Source: a virus
Length of the DNA stretch: 64,000 bases
IMG/VR virus record: IMGVR_UViG_3300046477_000491
Coordinates: 12,754 to 76,753 of that record
Reading direction: 5' to 3' (one strand)
The translations under genes and the position numbers were made by a program. Below the pieces are notes generated by a model. It worked only from the letters and a program-made list of their open reading frames with translations. It was not told the DNA's origin and searched no databases. Each line of letters begins with the position of its first letter. Position 1 is the first letter of the stretch. This document shows positions 20,199 to 29,480 of the stretch, one piece after another.

Positions 20199-20536
20199 GG
20201 CCTCCTCCGGCGGGGCCGGGGGCCTCCGTCGCTCTGAAACAGGTCCAGTACGTCTTCCAGGACGTCGGTGACGGTGGCCTGGGTGGCTACGCTGTCCCGG
20301 GTGGCCTGGACGAGGTCCTTGGCTGCGGAGACCATCTGCTCGGCGAGGGGCACGACCTTCTCGGTGAGGGCGCGGAGTCGCTTGTTCTCTTCGACTTCAC
20401 GTCGGTATGCCTTGCCGGAGACGACGACTTCGGTGACGAACACGGCGAATATGAAGGCCGCGATCGGGCCGAGGACCAAGGGGTTGTCGACGGACAGTCC
20501 GCCCCCTCCTGGTCCCGAAGCGAGCAAAAGAAACAT
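20195..20536 (-). CDS. Single-pass membrane protein with coiled coil
   Basis: LVLGPIAAFIFAVFV transmembrane segment followed by a charged helix. Confidence 0.65.
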   Translation of the reverse strand: MFLLLASGPGGGGLSVDNPLVLGPIAAFIFAVFVTEVVVSGKAYRREVEENKRLRALTEKVVPLAEQMVSAAKDLVQATRDSVATQATVTDVLEDVLDLFQSDGGPRPRRRRP

Positions 20537-20608
20537 CCCGGGTACCGTCCGTCGCTATTGGGGCTTGCGACTTTAATGGTACCCGGGATGATTCTTGGCG
20601 TATTAGGG

Positions 20609-20896
20609 CTAGAGATTAAGTCCCTTCTTCTGGAGTCGGTTCTTCAGCTTCACGAAAGCCACGCTGACCGGGGTAAGGCCGCAGATCTCGGGAATCTGCT
20701 TCTCTCGGTCTTCATCCGTCCAGTCCTTCCGTGGCTTGTCGAGGGGCGGTGGGGTCCACTTGAGGTGGTTGCCTCCGGTGACTTCGATCGTCCAGCCCTG
20801 CTTCCGGGCCGTCTTGGCCAGGGCCTCGGTCTCCTTGTTCGTGCCGAGCTTTCCACGTCCGCCGCTTCCAGCAACTGCCTTGCCCTTGGGGGGCAT
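20609..20896 (-). CDS. HicA-like protein
   Basis: ARKQGWTIEVTGGNHLKW resembles the HicA GW..GxH signature; RBS AGGAGG. Confidence 0.6.
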   Translation of the reverse strand: MPPKGKAVAGSGGRGKLGTNKETEALAKTARKQGWTIEVTGGNHLKWTPPPLDKPRKDWTDEDREKQIPEICGLTPVSVAFVKLKNRLQKKGLNL

Positions 20897-21142
20897 TGGG
20901 ACCTCCTAGGTCGAGTAGTACTTGGTGACGTAGTAACTGTATGGGTGACCAATACGGCTTCGCAAGCAACTTCACGAAACCGGTTGACGTGACCTAGGCC
21001 ACAAACCGACAAGTAAGTATTGACGATCGGCACATGTAAGGTCCACCTAACTACCGATCGTTCGGGTACAGAGAGTGAAGAGTCCCAGGACAGCACAAAA
21101 CCCCGCCTGCCAGTGTGGCAAACGGGGCTGAGTGCGGCCAGG

Positions 21143-22288
21143 TTAACGGCCGATCGTGTTGCGGCGCCGCAGCGGGTCTCCTCGCTGGGCATCCACGGGA
21201 ACGATCTGCGTGGGTGGATCCACGTCCTCGGGAAGGTCCTCCAGCTTGGTCCAGTAGGGCTCGATCCACTTGGTGTCGGACTGGGTGCGCTCCCCGGCCT
21301 TACCGGGACCGAACCAGACCGTCTTGAAATGCCCGGCCCGGTGCTGGGGCCCGTACTCGATGCCAGAAGGGATGGAGATGTCGGAGCGAGGGGCGTGGTT
21401 GGCGCGCTTGCGGGCGTCGTGCAGCTTGGGACCGATGTACCAGCCGACGCGGACCCAGAACGGCTCACGCTCCTTGCGCTGGCGGCCCTTTCCGGTCTTC
21501 CGCTTCCGCTGAGCCGTCAGCCACTCCGGGGGCTCCTCGACGTCCCGGTTGTCACAGCACAGGTAGGTGATCACCGAGAAGGTCTTTTCGAGCAGCGGCC
21601 GGAAGGACTTCATCGCCCGGCGCAGCTCCGCGTCGTCGACCACGGCGCCCTGCCACTGCTCCACGTGCTTGATCGCGTCCTGGGCCGAGAACTTCTCCAT
21701 GCTGGTGGGCAGCGGCATGAAGTCCCGTGCTCCGCCAGCGATGATCTCGCCAGTGTCCTCGTCGACCACGTCGTAGAGGTACAGGACGCCAAGGCCCTCG
21801 CGCTGCGGGTCGTTGGTGTTGCACAGGGCCCGCCCCACCCATCCGAAGATCATGAAGGCGCGGACCCAGCCGCCTTCCTTGGTGCCCCGGCCCGGTCCGG
21901 CTGGCCAGGGGTCCGGCAGGACCACCATCGGGTTGATGTGCGGGAGCTGGTCGAAGATGCGACCGGGAACCGTGCCCATCCGGGAGCGGGCCAGCGCGTC
22001 GGACAGCTCTTCGTGGAGGTCGTAGACGACGCGGCCGTTGCGCTTCCACAGCTCGCACACGCCGATCTCACCCATGAGGTCGCCGACCTGCTCCAGTGTC
22101 TGCTTGCTGAACTGGGTCTGGTCGTGAATGTCCCAGTGGAGGGGGATTCCCCGGATCAGCCCGTCCAGCCGCCTGGCGATCTTGGGTTCGGCCCGCAGCT
22201 CCGTGCTGGCCTCCGTGAGCATGGCGATGTGCTTCATCGCGCGCTCGTGCGCCTCGCTACCCCTGCGGGTCCTGTCCTGGTGTGCCAT
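21143..22288 (-). CDS. Hypothetical protein with a C-terminal HRxGH motif (AcrVA2-like architecture)
   Basis: PQHRAGHFKTVWFGPG...KWIEPYW; has its own TTGACA promoter. Confidence 0.6.
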   Translation of the reverse strand: MAHQDRTRRGSEAHERAMKHIAMLTEASTELRAEPKIARRLDGLIRGIPLHWDIHDQTQFSKQTLEQVGDLMGEIGVCELWKRNGRVVYDLHEELSDALARSRMGTVPGRIFDQLPHINPMVVLPDPWPAGPGRGTKEGGWVRAFMIFGWVGRALCNTNDPQREGLGVLYLYDVVDEDTGEIIAGGARDFMPLPTSMEKFSAQDAIKHVEQWQGAVVDDAELRRAMKSFRPLLEKTFSVITYLCCDNRDVEEPPEWLTAQRKRKTGKGRQRKEREPFWVRVGWYIGPKLHDARKRANHAPRSDISIPSGIEYGPQHRAGHFKTVWFGPGKAGERTQSDTKWIEPYWTKLEDLPEDVDPPTQIVPVDAQRGDPLRRRNTIGR

Positions 22289-22323
22289 CGGTCCCTCCCT
22301 GACGTGCAAATTCTACGGGCAGG

Positions 22324-22352
22324 AACTTACTCCGGACGTTACGTGTTGTCAA
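22324..22352 (-). promoter_or_regulatory. Sigma70-type promoter
   Basis: TTGACA-17 nt-TAAGTT. Confidence 0.7.
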
Positions 22353-22487
22353 GCAGTCTTTTTAATTAACTTGACGCCATCGGGCAATACGAAGCCCCGG
22401 CCACTGCCTCGGGGGAGGAGCAGTGAGCCGGGGCTTCCATCCGACCGCCGAGGGGATGATCCACAGCGGCCGGGGGGACCTGCCCTG

Positions 22488-22748
22488 TCAGGGGACCGAC
22501 AGGGCAGGGGCTTCAGGCGGGCCGTCGTCGTGCCGCACGACTCGGTGGTAGTTCGTCGTGGTCTGCCGGTAGCCGAAGTGCGCGGTGCGGCCCGCGTGCT
22601 TGAGCGCCCACTCCTGGCACTGCTCGTACGGCAGGCACCCGGAGGTCTCATCGCAGGAGGTGCACGCCATCTCCTCCATGTCCTTCTCGGCGGCGGGCTC
22701 CGGGCCGATGGAGTGGTTCACGAAGCGGTACAGGGACTTCGTCGTCAC
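22488..22748 (-). CDS. Small Cys/His protein
   Basis: CTSC...WALKH...H; typical partner of Streptomyces XRE loci. Confidence 0.6.
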   Translation of the reverse strand: MTTKSLYRFVNHSIGPEPAAEKDMEEMACTSCDETSGCLPYEQCQEWALKHAGRTAHFGYRQTTTNYHRVVRHDDGPPEAPALSVP

Positions 22749-22972
22749 AACTCCCCCCGGCTGCGGGCGTTGGCCAGCGCGACCCCGGCACTCAGCAGCT
22801 CGGACGCGGTGGGCTGGCGCAGGTCGGCCTTCGACGTCCACCACTCCGTCCCGCCGGTCCGCTTACGCATGGCGCACCGCTCGGGGCCGACCTCCATGAC
22901 CTCGGCCACCAGGTTCTTGGTTGCGTCGTAGGCCAGGGAGTGCGGTTCGGGCTCGTACCACTGCTCAGGCAT
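22745..22972 (-). CDS. Hypothetical protein
   Basis: MPEQWYEP...GGTEWW; coupled. Confidence 0.6.
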   Translation of the reverse strand: MPEQWYEPEPHSLAYDATKNLVAEVMEVGPERCAMRKRTGGTEWWTSKADLRQPTASELLSAGVALANARSRGEL

Positions 22973-23240
22973 GGCTGCTTGCCTCCTCGGTTGCCGCGAC
23001 CTTCTCCCGCAGCTCGACCAGCTCGACGAGGAGGGCCGCCAGGTCCTGGGCGACGTCGGGGCGGCACCGGCCGAGTTCGACGAGCGGGCTGGACATCGCG
23101 CTGTACTCCCGGTCGAGGGAGGGGAACGTGACACCCACCGCCGCCAGCGCGGCCTTGAGGGACTGGACCGCGTCGGTCGTCTCCTTGGTGGACCACGTGG
23201 TGGGGGGTTGCCCCTGCCTCTTCGCTCTCGTCCCCGCCAT
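22965..23240 (-). CDS. Hypothetical protein divergent from the XRE regulator
   Basis: ALAAVGVTFPSL...LVELGRCRPDVA, typical of Streptomyces XRE-divergent genes. Confidence 0.65.
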   Translation of the reverse strand: MAGTRAKRQGQPPTTWSTKETTDAVQSLKAALAAVGVTFPSLDREYSAMSSPLVELGRCRPDVAQDLAALLVELVELREKVAATEEASSHA

Positions 23241-23451
23241 CTGCGTCTCCTTCGCCGAGCCCAACGAACGTGCATCGAACAGCAGTTGGAAGAGTGAGTG
23301 ACGACGCCACCACCCTCCGCGAGTAGCATCCTCCCCATCCGTCTGTCATGCAAGTGCATGAGCTGAGCAAGTGCACGTAAGGATGAAGGCTGTTCCGTGC
23401 TAAGAGGGGGTGGCAGACTGTGAGGCAGTACCCGCAACCAGGGAGGTCCCG

Positions 23452-24318
23452 TTGGCAGCCAATCCGACCGTGCTGAAGCGACGGCTCGGTAGAGAGCTGC
23501 GCAACTTGCGCCAGACCAAGAACCTGACGGCCGCGCAGGTCGCCAAGTCGCTCAACTGGTCCGAGTCCAAGGTCAGCAGGATCGAGGGCGGTAAGTCGCC
23601 GCTCTCAGACAAGGATGCCAGAGCGCTACTGGGCCTGTACGGAGTTGATAAGTCTGAGGAGATCCAGCAGTTCGTCGGACTCGTCCGCCGAAGCCGCCAG
23701 GAGGGGTGGTGGCACAGCTACGGCGACGCGCTCCCGGACTGGTTCAAGGCGTTCGTGGGCTTCGAGGCCGATGCGTCCGAGATCCGGATCTACCAGAACG
23801 AGCTGATCCCGGGACTTCTCCAGACCAAGGCGTACGCCTTCGAGGTCATCCGCGCGATGAACCCGGAGGAGACGACCGAGCAGGTGGAGAACCGGGCGTC
23901 TCTCCGCTTCGAGCGGCAGGAGATCCTGGGCCGCAAGGAGCCTGCCCCGCCGAGGATTTGGACGATCCTCAACGAATCAGCCCTGCGTCGTTCCGTCGGG
24001 TCTGGAATGGTGATGGCCGAACAGCTCAATCACGTGGCCAACCTGGTCGACGAGCACCCGGGTGTCACTGTTCAGATTCTCCCGTTCGACGCCGGGGCCC
24101 ACGCAAGCATGGGGTACAACTTTTCGATCTTGTCGTTCAGCGACGTTCCAGGCAGCATCGCCTACACCGAGGCGCTGACGTCCGCGACGTACATCGACAA
24201 GGAGTTGGACCTCGGCCGCCATGACCAGATCTTCCAGCGGCTCATGGCGGCATCCGTAAGGCCAGAGAAATCCGTTTCCTGGCTCAGAGAAACAGCAAGG
24301 GACTACGACCGTGCATAA
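23452..24318 (+). CDS. XRE HTH / DUF5753 (WhiJ/Scr1-like) regulator
   Basis: RRLGRELRNLR HTH, SKVSRIEGG, IPGLLQT, ILNESALRR and QILPF; TTG start after GGAGG. Confidence 0.9.
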   Translation: MAANPTVLKRRLGRELRNLRQTKNLTAAQVAKSLNWSESKVSRIEGGKSPLSDKDARALLGLYGVDKSEEIQQFVGLVRRSRQEGWWHSYGDALPDWFKAFVGFEADASEIRIYQNELIPGLLQTKAYAFEVIRAMNPEETTEQVENRASLRFERQEILGRKEPAPPRIWTILNESALRRSVGSGMVMAEQLNHVANLVDEHPGVTVQILPFDAGAHASMGYNFSILSFSDVPGSIAYTEALTSATYIDKELDLGRHDQIFQRLMAASVRPEKSVSWLRETARDYDRA

Positions 24319-24511
24319 CGACCAGCCGCTGATCTTCGTCAAGAGCAGCTACAGCAACGGACAGGGCGACTGCGTCGAGGTCGCCAAGACGGCCGACGGC
24401 GGCCGTGCCGTCCGCGACTCCAAGAACCCCATGGGCGGTACCCACTTCCACACACCGGCCGGGTGGGCCGCGTTCCTCGACGGCGTGAAGGCCGGGGACT
24501 TCGACGCCTGA
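24311..24511 (+). CDS. DUF397 protein
   Basis: KSSYS...CVEVA...VRDSKNP...W.AFL. Confidence 0.92.
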   Translation: MHNDQPLIFVKSSYSNGQGDCVEVAKTADGGRAVRDSKNPMGGTHFHTPAGWAAFLDGVKAGDFDA

Positions 24512-24518
24512 TACGACA

Positions 24519-24559
24519 GAAGCCCCCGTCTCCCACCGGAATGGGTAGACGGGGGCTTC
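24519..24559. terminator. Hairpin terminator
   Basis: GAAGCCCCCGTCT / AGACGGGGGCTTC. Confidence 0.75.
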
Positions 24560-24567
24560 CGCATGTC

Positions 24568-25071
24568 CTACACCCACTCTCCAGTGAGTGCACCGTGGAC
24601 GTCGGCCTCGCGGTAGGTGTCGGGCTTGAGGATCTTGCCGTCCTCGCGGCGGATCACCTGGCCGTTGGGGCCGACCTTGCTCATGTTCGAGCGGTGGACC
24701 TCGGCGAAGATCGCTTCGAGCGGGATCTCCAGGAGGTCGGCAGTGCCGTAGACGACGTACAGGACGTCGGCCAACTCCTTGGCCAGGGCCTCGTACCAGT
24801 GCGGGGCCTCGACGACGTGCTTCCGGCTGAGGAGCATGTCCTGGTTGGCCTCGAAGTGGTCGTCCATGATCTGGGCCTTGCGGTAGTTCAGAAGGGCCTC
24901 CAGGGCCTCCTGGACCTCCTCGGCGATGAGGGTGGACCGCAGGGCGATCAGGTCGTCCCGTCCGGCGTCCTCGCGCTCGATGAACCGCTTCTCCCCCACT
25001 GCCTGGTGCCACTGTCTCAACGACGCCATCGGCCGGTGGGGGCGGGTATTAAGCCAGGTCTTCGCTGTCAC
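24568..25071 (-). CDS. MazG-like (PRA-PH) nucleotide pyrophosphohydrolase
   Basis: LIAEEVQE, KELADVLYV, EVHRSNMSK and REDGKILKP. Confidence 0.88.
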   Translation of the reverse strand: MTAKTWLNTRPHRPMASLRQWHQAVGEKRFIEREDAGRDDLIALRSTLIAEEVQEALEALLNYRKAQIMDDHFEANQDMLLSRKHVVEAPHWYEALAKELADVLYVVYGTADLLEIPLEAIFAEVHRSNMSKVGPNGQVIRREDGKILKPDTYREADVHGALTGEWV

Positions 25072-25104
25072 TGTCTGGTGCTCCTCGCGTATGGGGTGGG
25101 GTGG

Positions 25105-25599
25105 TCAGAGAACGTCGGCGATGTCGCCCGGGTCGACCGCCAGCGGGAGGCGGCCGTCGTCGAAGAGATGGATGCCGTTGCGGCTGTAGGCGAGGTCGCA
25201 CAACTGGGCGCACTGGAGCCGGTCCTGGCGTGCGATGCGCTGCGCGATCCGGTCCGACCAGAAGCCGAAGAACCGGAGCCCGAGCGCGAGGTCGTCGAGC
25301 CAGCCGTAGCCGATGCCCTTGCCGCCGTTGGCCTGGGCGAAGCCGAGGGCGGTCTCCCAGATCTTCTCCCGGGTCTCGTCTGGGATGACGGTGTGGGTGT
25401 TGTACTTCGCCTTCGGGTACATCGAGATGTGGCCGATGCGGGCGCCGCCGGGCTGGGCCTCGACGAGGAGTCCGGCCGGGCCGACGATGAAGGCGTGGTT
25501 GTAGCGGGAGAACGTCAGCAGCCGGATGCCCCAGCCGATGATCCCTCCGGTCGCGGTGACGCCGATCGAGCCGACCGGGGGCGGGGTGCCGTCAGCCAC
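25105..25599 (-). CDS. Permuted papain-like (YiiX/NlpC-P60 superfamily) enzyme
   Basis: SRYNHAFI, VEAQP and LQCAQLC; His precedes Cys. Confidence 0.7.
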   Translation of the reverse strand: MADGTPPPVGSIGVTATGGIIGWGIRLLTFSRYNHAFIVGPAGLLVEAQPGGARIGHISMYPKAKYNTHTVIPDETREKIWETALGFAQANGGKGIGYGWLDDLALGLRFFGFWSDRIAQRIARQDRLQCAQLCDLAYSRNGIHLFDDGRLPLAVDPGDIADVL

Positions 25600-25786
25600 T
25601 GTCTTCCTCCAGGGTGTACTTGCCGATGAAGTCGATCTGGAACAGGTGCGGTGCCCGCTCGGCCTTCTCCCGCCAGTCCGTGACGTGGAACTGGCGGGAG
25701 TAGAAGAACGTCTTGGGCTTCCAGCCCGATGGGACCTTCAGCAGGACCCGCACCTTCCAGACCGCGTTGTCGCGGGCTGTCTTCAC
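25592..25786 (-). CDS. Hypothetical protein
   Basis: Coupled ORF. Confidence 0.55.
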   Translation of the reverse strand: MKTARDNAVWKVRVLLKVPSGWKPKTFFYSRQFHVTDWREKAERAPHLFQIDFIGKYTLEEDSG

Positions 25787-26112
25787 TCAGCGCCCCCGGA
25801 GGGGGAGGTATTAAGCAGGCTGAGGATGGTCGCGGTCTCGGTGGGGACCTGCATGAACGGTTCGGCCAACTGCACGGCGACCTGGGTGAAGGCGTCGCCG
25901 ATCTGCTCGTAGATGCCGCCCATGCCCTCCAACTTCTCGGAGAACTCCAGCAGGGAGCCGACGACGTCCTTGATGGACACGTACGTCTCGCCGTCGTCCT
26001 CGCCGACGATGTAGTGGTAGGCGGCCTCGTGGTCGGAGGCGATCTCGGTGACGATGCTCAACGGGTTCTCCAGGGTCGTGGTGGCGGTCTCAGAGCCAGA
26101 TGCGGTGTTCAC
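25783..26112 (-). CDS. Hypothetical acidic protein
   Basis: Coupled ORF; GTG start inferred. Confidence 0.55.
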   Translation of the reverse strand: MNTASGSETATTTLENPLSIVTEIASDHEAAYHYIVGEDDGETYVSIKDVVGSLLEFSEKLEGMGGIYEQIGDAFTQVAVQLAEPFMQVPTETATILSLLNTSPSGGAE

Positions 26113-27331
26113 TGGTGACGCGTCCCTTCTCGGGGTGGACGAAATGGAGTCGCTGGGAGGGGTCTCCCGTGGCCGCGACGAACTCGTGGGCGTACACATT
26201 GTCCGATTCGGGGCTTCCGGTCATGTAGACGGAGCCGCCGTTGGCCAACTGCAACTGCATCGACTGGTGGTAGTGGCCGATGTACAGGTCCCGGAACGTC
26301 GGGAGGACGCCGGAGGCCCACTGGTTGGCCTTGCGCAGGATGCCGTAGGCGGGGATGTTGCCGCCGAAGGACTTGATCTCGTCGCCGTGGATGGCCATCG
26401 CCTTGTAGTTGCCGATGGAGAAGTTCTGGTACCAGTCCCCGGAGGTCTGGAACTTCGTCAGCCGTCCCTCGTGGGCCAGGCGCTCGCGGACGATGTTGTA
26501 GACCATGCGGTCGACGTTGTCGGACGCCTTGATGCCGTCGGACTTCTTGCCCAGGCGGCCGTGGTTGCCGTACTCGGCGACGACCTCGACCTCGTCGTAG
26601 ACCTGGAGGGCCTTCTTGATCGTCCACATCATCAGGTCGGAGACGTCGAACATCTGCTCGTAGAGCGTGCCGTCCAACTCCCAGACCTGGCCGGGGAAGA
26701 TCGAGACGCCTTCGACCATGTCCCCGGTGAAGAGGAGGACAGCCTTGCGCACGGGGTGGTCGGCGCGCTGGATCTCGGTGATCTCGGTGGCCTTCTCGAC
26801 GTAGCGCATCACCCGGGTCCGCATGATGGTGCGGTCGTAGGTGATCGTCTTCTTGCCGCCCTGCCAGTCGGTGAGGTGCCACAGGGCGACCTCGGCGGCC
26901 TTGGTGCGCTTGTCGGCCTTCGGCGGGGTGACCGGGGTCGCTCCGACGAACTGGGCGGCGTCCCGGGCGGCCTTGTAGACGGCCTCGATGTACTCGTCGC
27001 CGCGCGTCTTGGCCTTGGTGAACTGCTGGAACAGGCGGCGGTTGTCGGAGGTCAGGGACTCGATGCGCTCCCTCAGCACCTCCTCGTTCTCGGCCACTGC
27101 CTCGGCCGTGCCCTCCTCGGGCAGGGTATTAAGACGCTTCGGTTCCTTGCCCGGCTCGACGAGGATGGCGCGCTTGTAGCCGTTGGCCTTGCGCCAGCGC
27201 CGGACGGCCGTCTCAGACGTCTCGATGCCGTTGAAGACGAGGTCCGCAGCGGCGGCCTCGTGTCCGACGGTGGGGTCCATCAGGATCTCGCGGACCCACT
27301 CGACGTCAGTGGAATCGGTAAGGGCGCTCAA
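26090..27331 (-). CDS. HTH plus calcineurin-like metallophosphoesterase
   Basis: LTDWQ, GDMVEG, GNHGR, IHGD and GHYH motifs. Confidence 0.85.
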   Translation of the reverse strand: MSALTDSTDVEWVREILMDPTVGHEAAAADLVFNGIETSETAVRRWRKANGYKRAILVEPGKEPKRLNTLPEEGTAEAVAENEEVLRERIESLTSDNRRLFQQFTKAKTRGDEYIEAVYKAARDAAQFVGATPVTPPKADKRTKAAEVALWHLTDWQGGKKTITYDRTIMRTRVMRYVEKATEITEIQRADHPVRKAVLLFTGDMVEGVSIFPGQVWELDGTLYEQMFDVSDLMMWTIKKALQVYDEVEVVAEYGNHGRLGKKSDGIKASDNVDRMVYNIVRERLAHEGRLTKFQTSGDWYQNFSIGNYKAMAIHGDEIKSFGGNIPAYGILRKANQWASGVLPTFRDLYIGHYHQSMQLQLANGGSVYMTGSPESDNVYAHEFVAATGDPSQRLHFVHPEKGRVTSEHRIWL

Positions 27332-27383
27332 GGTGGTTCCTCTCGCAGAGGGTTGGTGGTGCCGGACCTCCCGGCCCGACAGG

Positions 27384-27417
27384 GATTACGTTATAGCGAT
27401 TACGGCTTCCATGTCAA
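27384..27417 (-). promoter_or_regulatory. Promoter overlapped by two operator half-sites 14 bp apart
   Basis: GATTACGTT at 27384 and GATTACGGCTT at 27398; TTGACA on the minus strand at 27412-27417. Confidence 0.65.
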
Positions 27418-27534
27418 CACTCACTCCTGGAGTGAACCGTCCTCACTCTGGGGTCAACCGGCCCACTCGGACCTGTGACCTGCGCAGACTATCCTGATAA
27501 CTGGTTCAGAACCAGTAATGAGGAGACCTCTTTA

Positions 27535-27960
27535 ATGAGCGGTATCGGTGGCAGCACCTTCATCCTGACCAACAACGACCTGTCCGTGGCCCAGCCGGTC
27601 CCGTTCGGCGCCGAACTGGTCGCTATCTACGCGAACCTGGGCACGCTGGGCTCGACGCAGTCCACGTTCCAGGTCAACAAGAACGGCTCCGCCGTATCCG
27701 GGGCGGTCGCCGCCGTCGCGGCCAGCGCGACCAAGGGCAACAAGGTCATCAGCAACCCGTACATCGGCGTGAACGCGGGCAACCAGGCGGGCTGGACCGA
27801 CCAGCAGGCCGCGACCGTCCCGTTCACCGCGAGCCAGGGTGGCGTGAACAACGTCTCCGCGCTGGCGACCTTCGCGGCCGGTGACACGGTCTCGCTGACC
27901 AACACCCTCGGCACCTCGGCTGCCAACCCGGGCGTGGTGCTGGTCTTCAAGACCCTGTAA
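27535..27960 (+). CDS. Beta-rich protein, possibly virion decoration
   Basis: G/A/T/N/S-rich with strong codon bias, RBS GAGGAG and its own downstream hairpin. Confidence 0.65.
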   Translation: MSGIGGSTFILTNNDLSVAQPVPFGAELVAIYANLGTLGSTQSTFQVNKNGSAVSGAVAAVAASATKGNKVISNPYIGVNAGNQAGWTDQQAATVPFTASQGGVNNVSALATFAAGDTVSLTNTLGTSAANPGVVLVFKTL

Positions 27961-28036
27961 GACCCCCAACCACGAACCCCCGGGCCACTGTTCAGACGGA
28001 GGTCCGGGGGTTCGTTGTATCCAAGGAAGGAAGCCC

Positions 28037-28315
28037 ATGTTCTGGTACTGCGATGACTGCAACGGCTGGGGCGTGTCCGGGACGGAGGTCGACATGGCGG
28101 TCGACAAGCAGCGGCACCTGGACGCCCACCAGGCCCCCGACACTCCCCCACCGTCCGAGGAAGAGCCGGATGAGGTCACTGTCTGGACTCTGAAGAACGC
28201 GGCGTGGGGTATAACGGCCGTCCTCGGGCTACTGTCCGCCCACTACACGTCCCTGTTGGGGGTATCTGCGGTTGCGGCCCTGCTCACGTTCGTGGTGACC
28301 GGCATCGGAGAATGA
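28037..28315 (+). CDS. Small Zn-finger/membrane protein
   Basis: CDDC...H..H followed by two hydrophobic segments. Confidence 0.55.
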   Translation: MFWYCDDCNGWGVSGTEVDMAVDKQRHLDAHQAPDTPPPSEEEPDEVTVWTLKNAAWGITAVLGLLSAHYTSLLGVSAVAALLTFVVTGIGE

Positions 28316-28357
28316 CCGAGCCCCGGCAACCTGATGGGTTACCGGGGCTTACGGGGG

Positions 28358-28430
28358 CTCCCCCACCTGGACTCGAACCAGGAACCCTGCGATTAACAGT
28401 CGCATGCTCTGCCAATTGAGCTATGGAGGA
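28358..28430 (-). tRNA. tRNA-Asn(GTT)
   Basis: Cloverleaf TCCTCCA..AGCTCAATTGGCAGAGC..GCGAC-TGTTAA-TCGC..GTTCGAGTCC; no encoded CCA. Confidence 0.92.
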
Positions 28431-28435
28431 TTGCG

Positions 28436-28516
28436 TACCCAAGGTGGGACTTGAACCCACACGCCTTTCGGCGCCGCTTTTGAGGCGGCTGACTGTGCCA
28501 ATTCGTCTACTCGGGC
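28436..28516 (-). tRNA. tRNA-Leu(CAA)
   Basis: Anticodon arm GCCGC-CTCAAAA-GCGGC, variable arm GCCGAAAGGC, T arm GTGGGTTCAAGTCCCAC, discriminator A. Confidence 0.85.
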
Positions 28517-28604
28517 GAGCGTGCTCCGCACTGTTGTATCCGGTTTAGCACGGGCACTCCAGTCCAGGTGTCTTACCGGTCCCGGACTTTCTTACAGGTG
28601 AATC

Positions 28605-29234
28605 CTACTTCACCGTGTAGCGCCCGTAGTAAACGGACTTCGACCACGGCGAGTAGTAGTTCACGCCCTTACCGGGGCGCTCCGCTTCCAGCCACTTCGT
28701 CGAGGAGACGTAGATCGCCACGTGGTAGACGTGGCCGCTGGAGTCGTGAACGAAGACCAGGTCGCCCTTCTGGGGCTTCGAGACCTTCGCGCTGGCGTGG
28801 TACTGGTCGCTCGCGACGCGGGGAATCGACTTCCCCAGCTTCTGGAACGAGTAGTGGGTCAGGCCGGAGCAGTCGAAGCCCGCCGACGGCGAGGATCCGC
28901 CCCAGACGTACCGCGTGCCGATGTACTTGGCGGCCTGGTTGACGATCTTCGTGCCCGACGAGGTCGAGCTGGTCGTCGAAGCGGGCTTGGCAGGTGCCGG
29001 GGTGGCCGATGCGGCCAGGAGGATCCGCTCTCCCGGGTAGATCCGGTTGGGGTTGGATATGTGGTTGATGGACGCGAGGTGCTGATACGTCGTCTTGTGG
29101 GATTTCGCAATCCCGCTCAGTGTGTCTCCGCTTTTCACGGTCACGTAACTGGCGGCTGCTTCGGCGACCGAAGTCGCTATCGGCGATACGGCCAGTGCTC
29201 CCGCGAGAGCGATTCCAGCGATCCTCTTATTCAT
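28605..29234 (-). CDS. Secreted LysM plus NlpC/P60 peptidoglycan endopeptidase
   Basis: Signal peptide with AEA site; Lys[12 protein letters not shown]...NPNRIYPG; YVWGG, DCSGL, GDLVF and HVAIY. Confidence 0.92.
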   Translation of the reverse strand: MNKRIAGIALAGALAVSPIATSVAEAAASYVTVKSGDTLSGIAKSHKTTYQHLASINHISNPNRIYPGERILLAASATPAPAKPASTTSSTSSGTKIVNQAAKYIGTRYVWGGSSPSAGFDCSGLTHYSFQKLGKSIPRVASDQYHASAKVSKPQKGDLVFVHDSSGHVYHVAIYVSSTKWLEAERPGKGVNYYSPWSKSVYYGRYTVK

Positions 29235-29244
29235 GATGCACTCC

Positions 29245-29392
29245 GCACGCCTGCGAAATTAGGTGACGGGCTCGGGTAAGTGCTGTTCCCTACCACAAAT
29301 GTTTCTGCGGATTCGCCCCAGTACTGCGTTTCGGTCTCCCGCCCCTGTTCAGGGTTGATTGCAGTTTTTGTCCAGGAACAGGGCTCGGCGTC
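29245..29392 (-). ncRNA. c-di-AMP (ydaO/yuaA) riboswitch
   Basis: Minus strand GCCGAGCCCTG...CAGGGGCGGGAGACC...TGGGGCGAATC...GTAGGG...CCCGAGCCCGTCACCTAATTTCGCAGGCG fits the recalled ydaO consensus; sits 5' of a cell-wall hydrolase. Confidence 0.8.
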
Positions 29393-29401
29393 TGGACAAA
29401 G

Positions 29402-29474
29402 TGGCCCCCCTTGGAATCGCACCAAGATCTCCCGCTTTTCAGGCGGGCGCATTAACTGTCTCTGCCAAAGGGCC
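29402..29474 (-). tRNA. tRNA-Phe(GAA), atypical
   Basis: Anticodon arm CCCGC-CTGAAAA-GCGGG; T-loop TGCGATT; D-loop lacks GG. Confidence 0.7.
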
Positions 29475-29480
29475 GTGAAG

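Noticed and set aside
28436-28516. bldA-like tRNA-Leu(UAA), or a tRNA dedicated to the CTT codon of the 9-mer
   Set aside because: The anticodon reads CAA (decodes TTG), so it serves neither TTA nor CTT; the Leu/Asn coincidence with LNT is unsupported.
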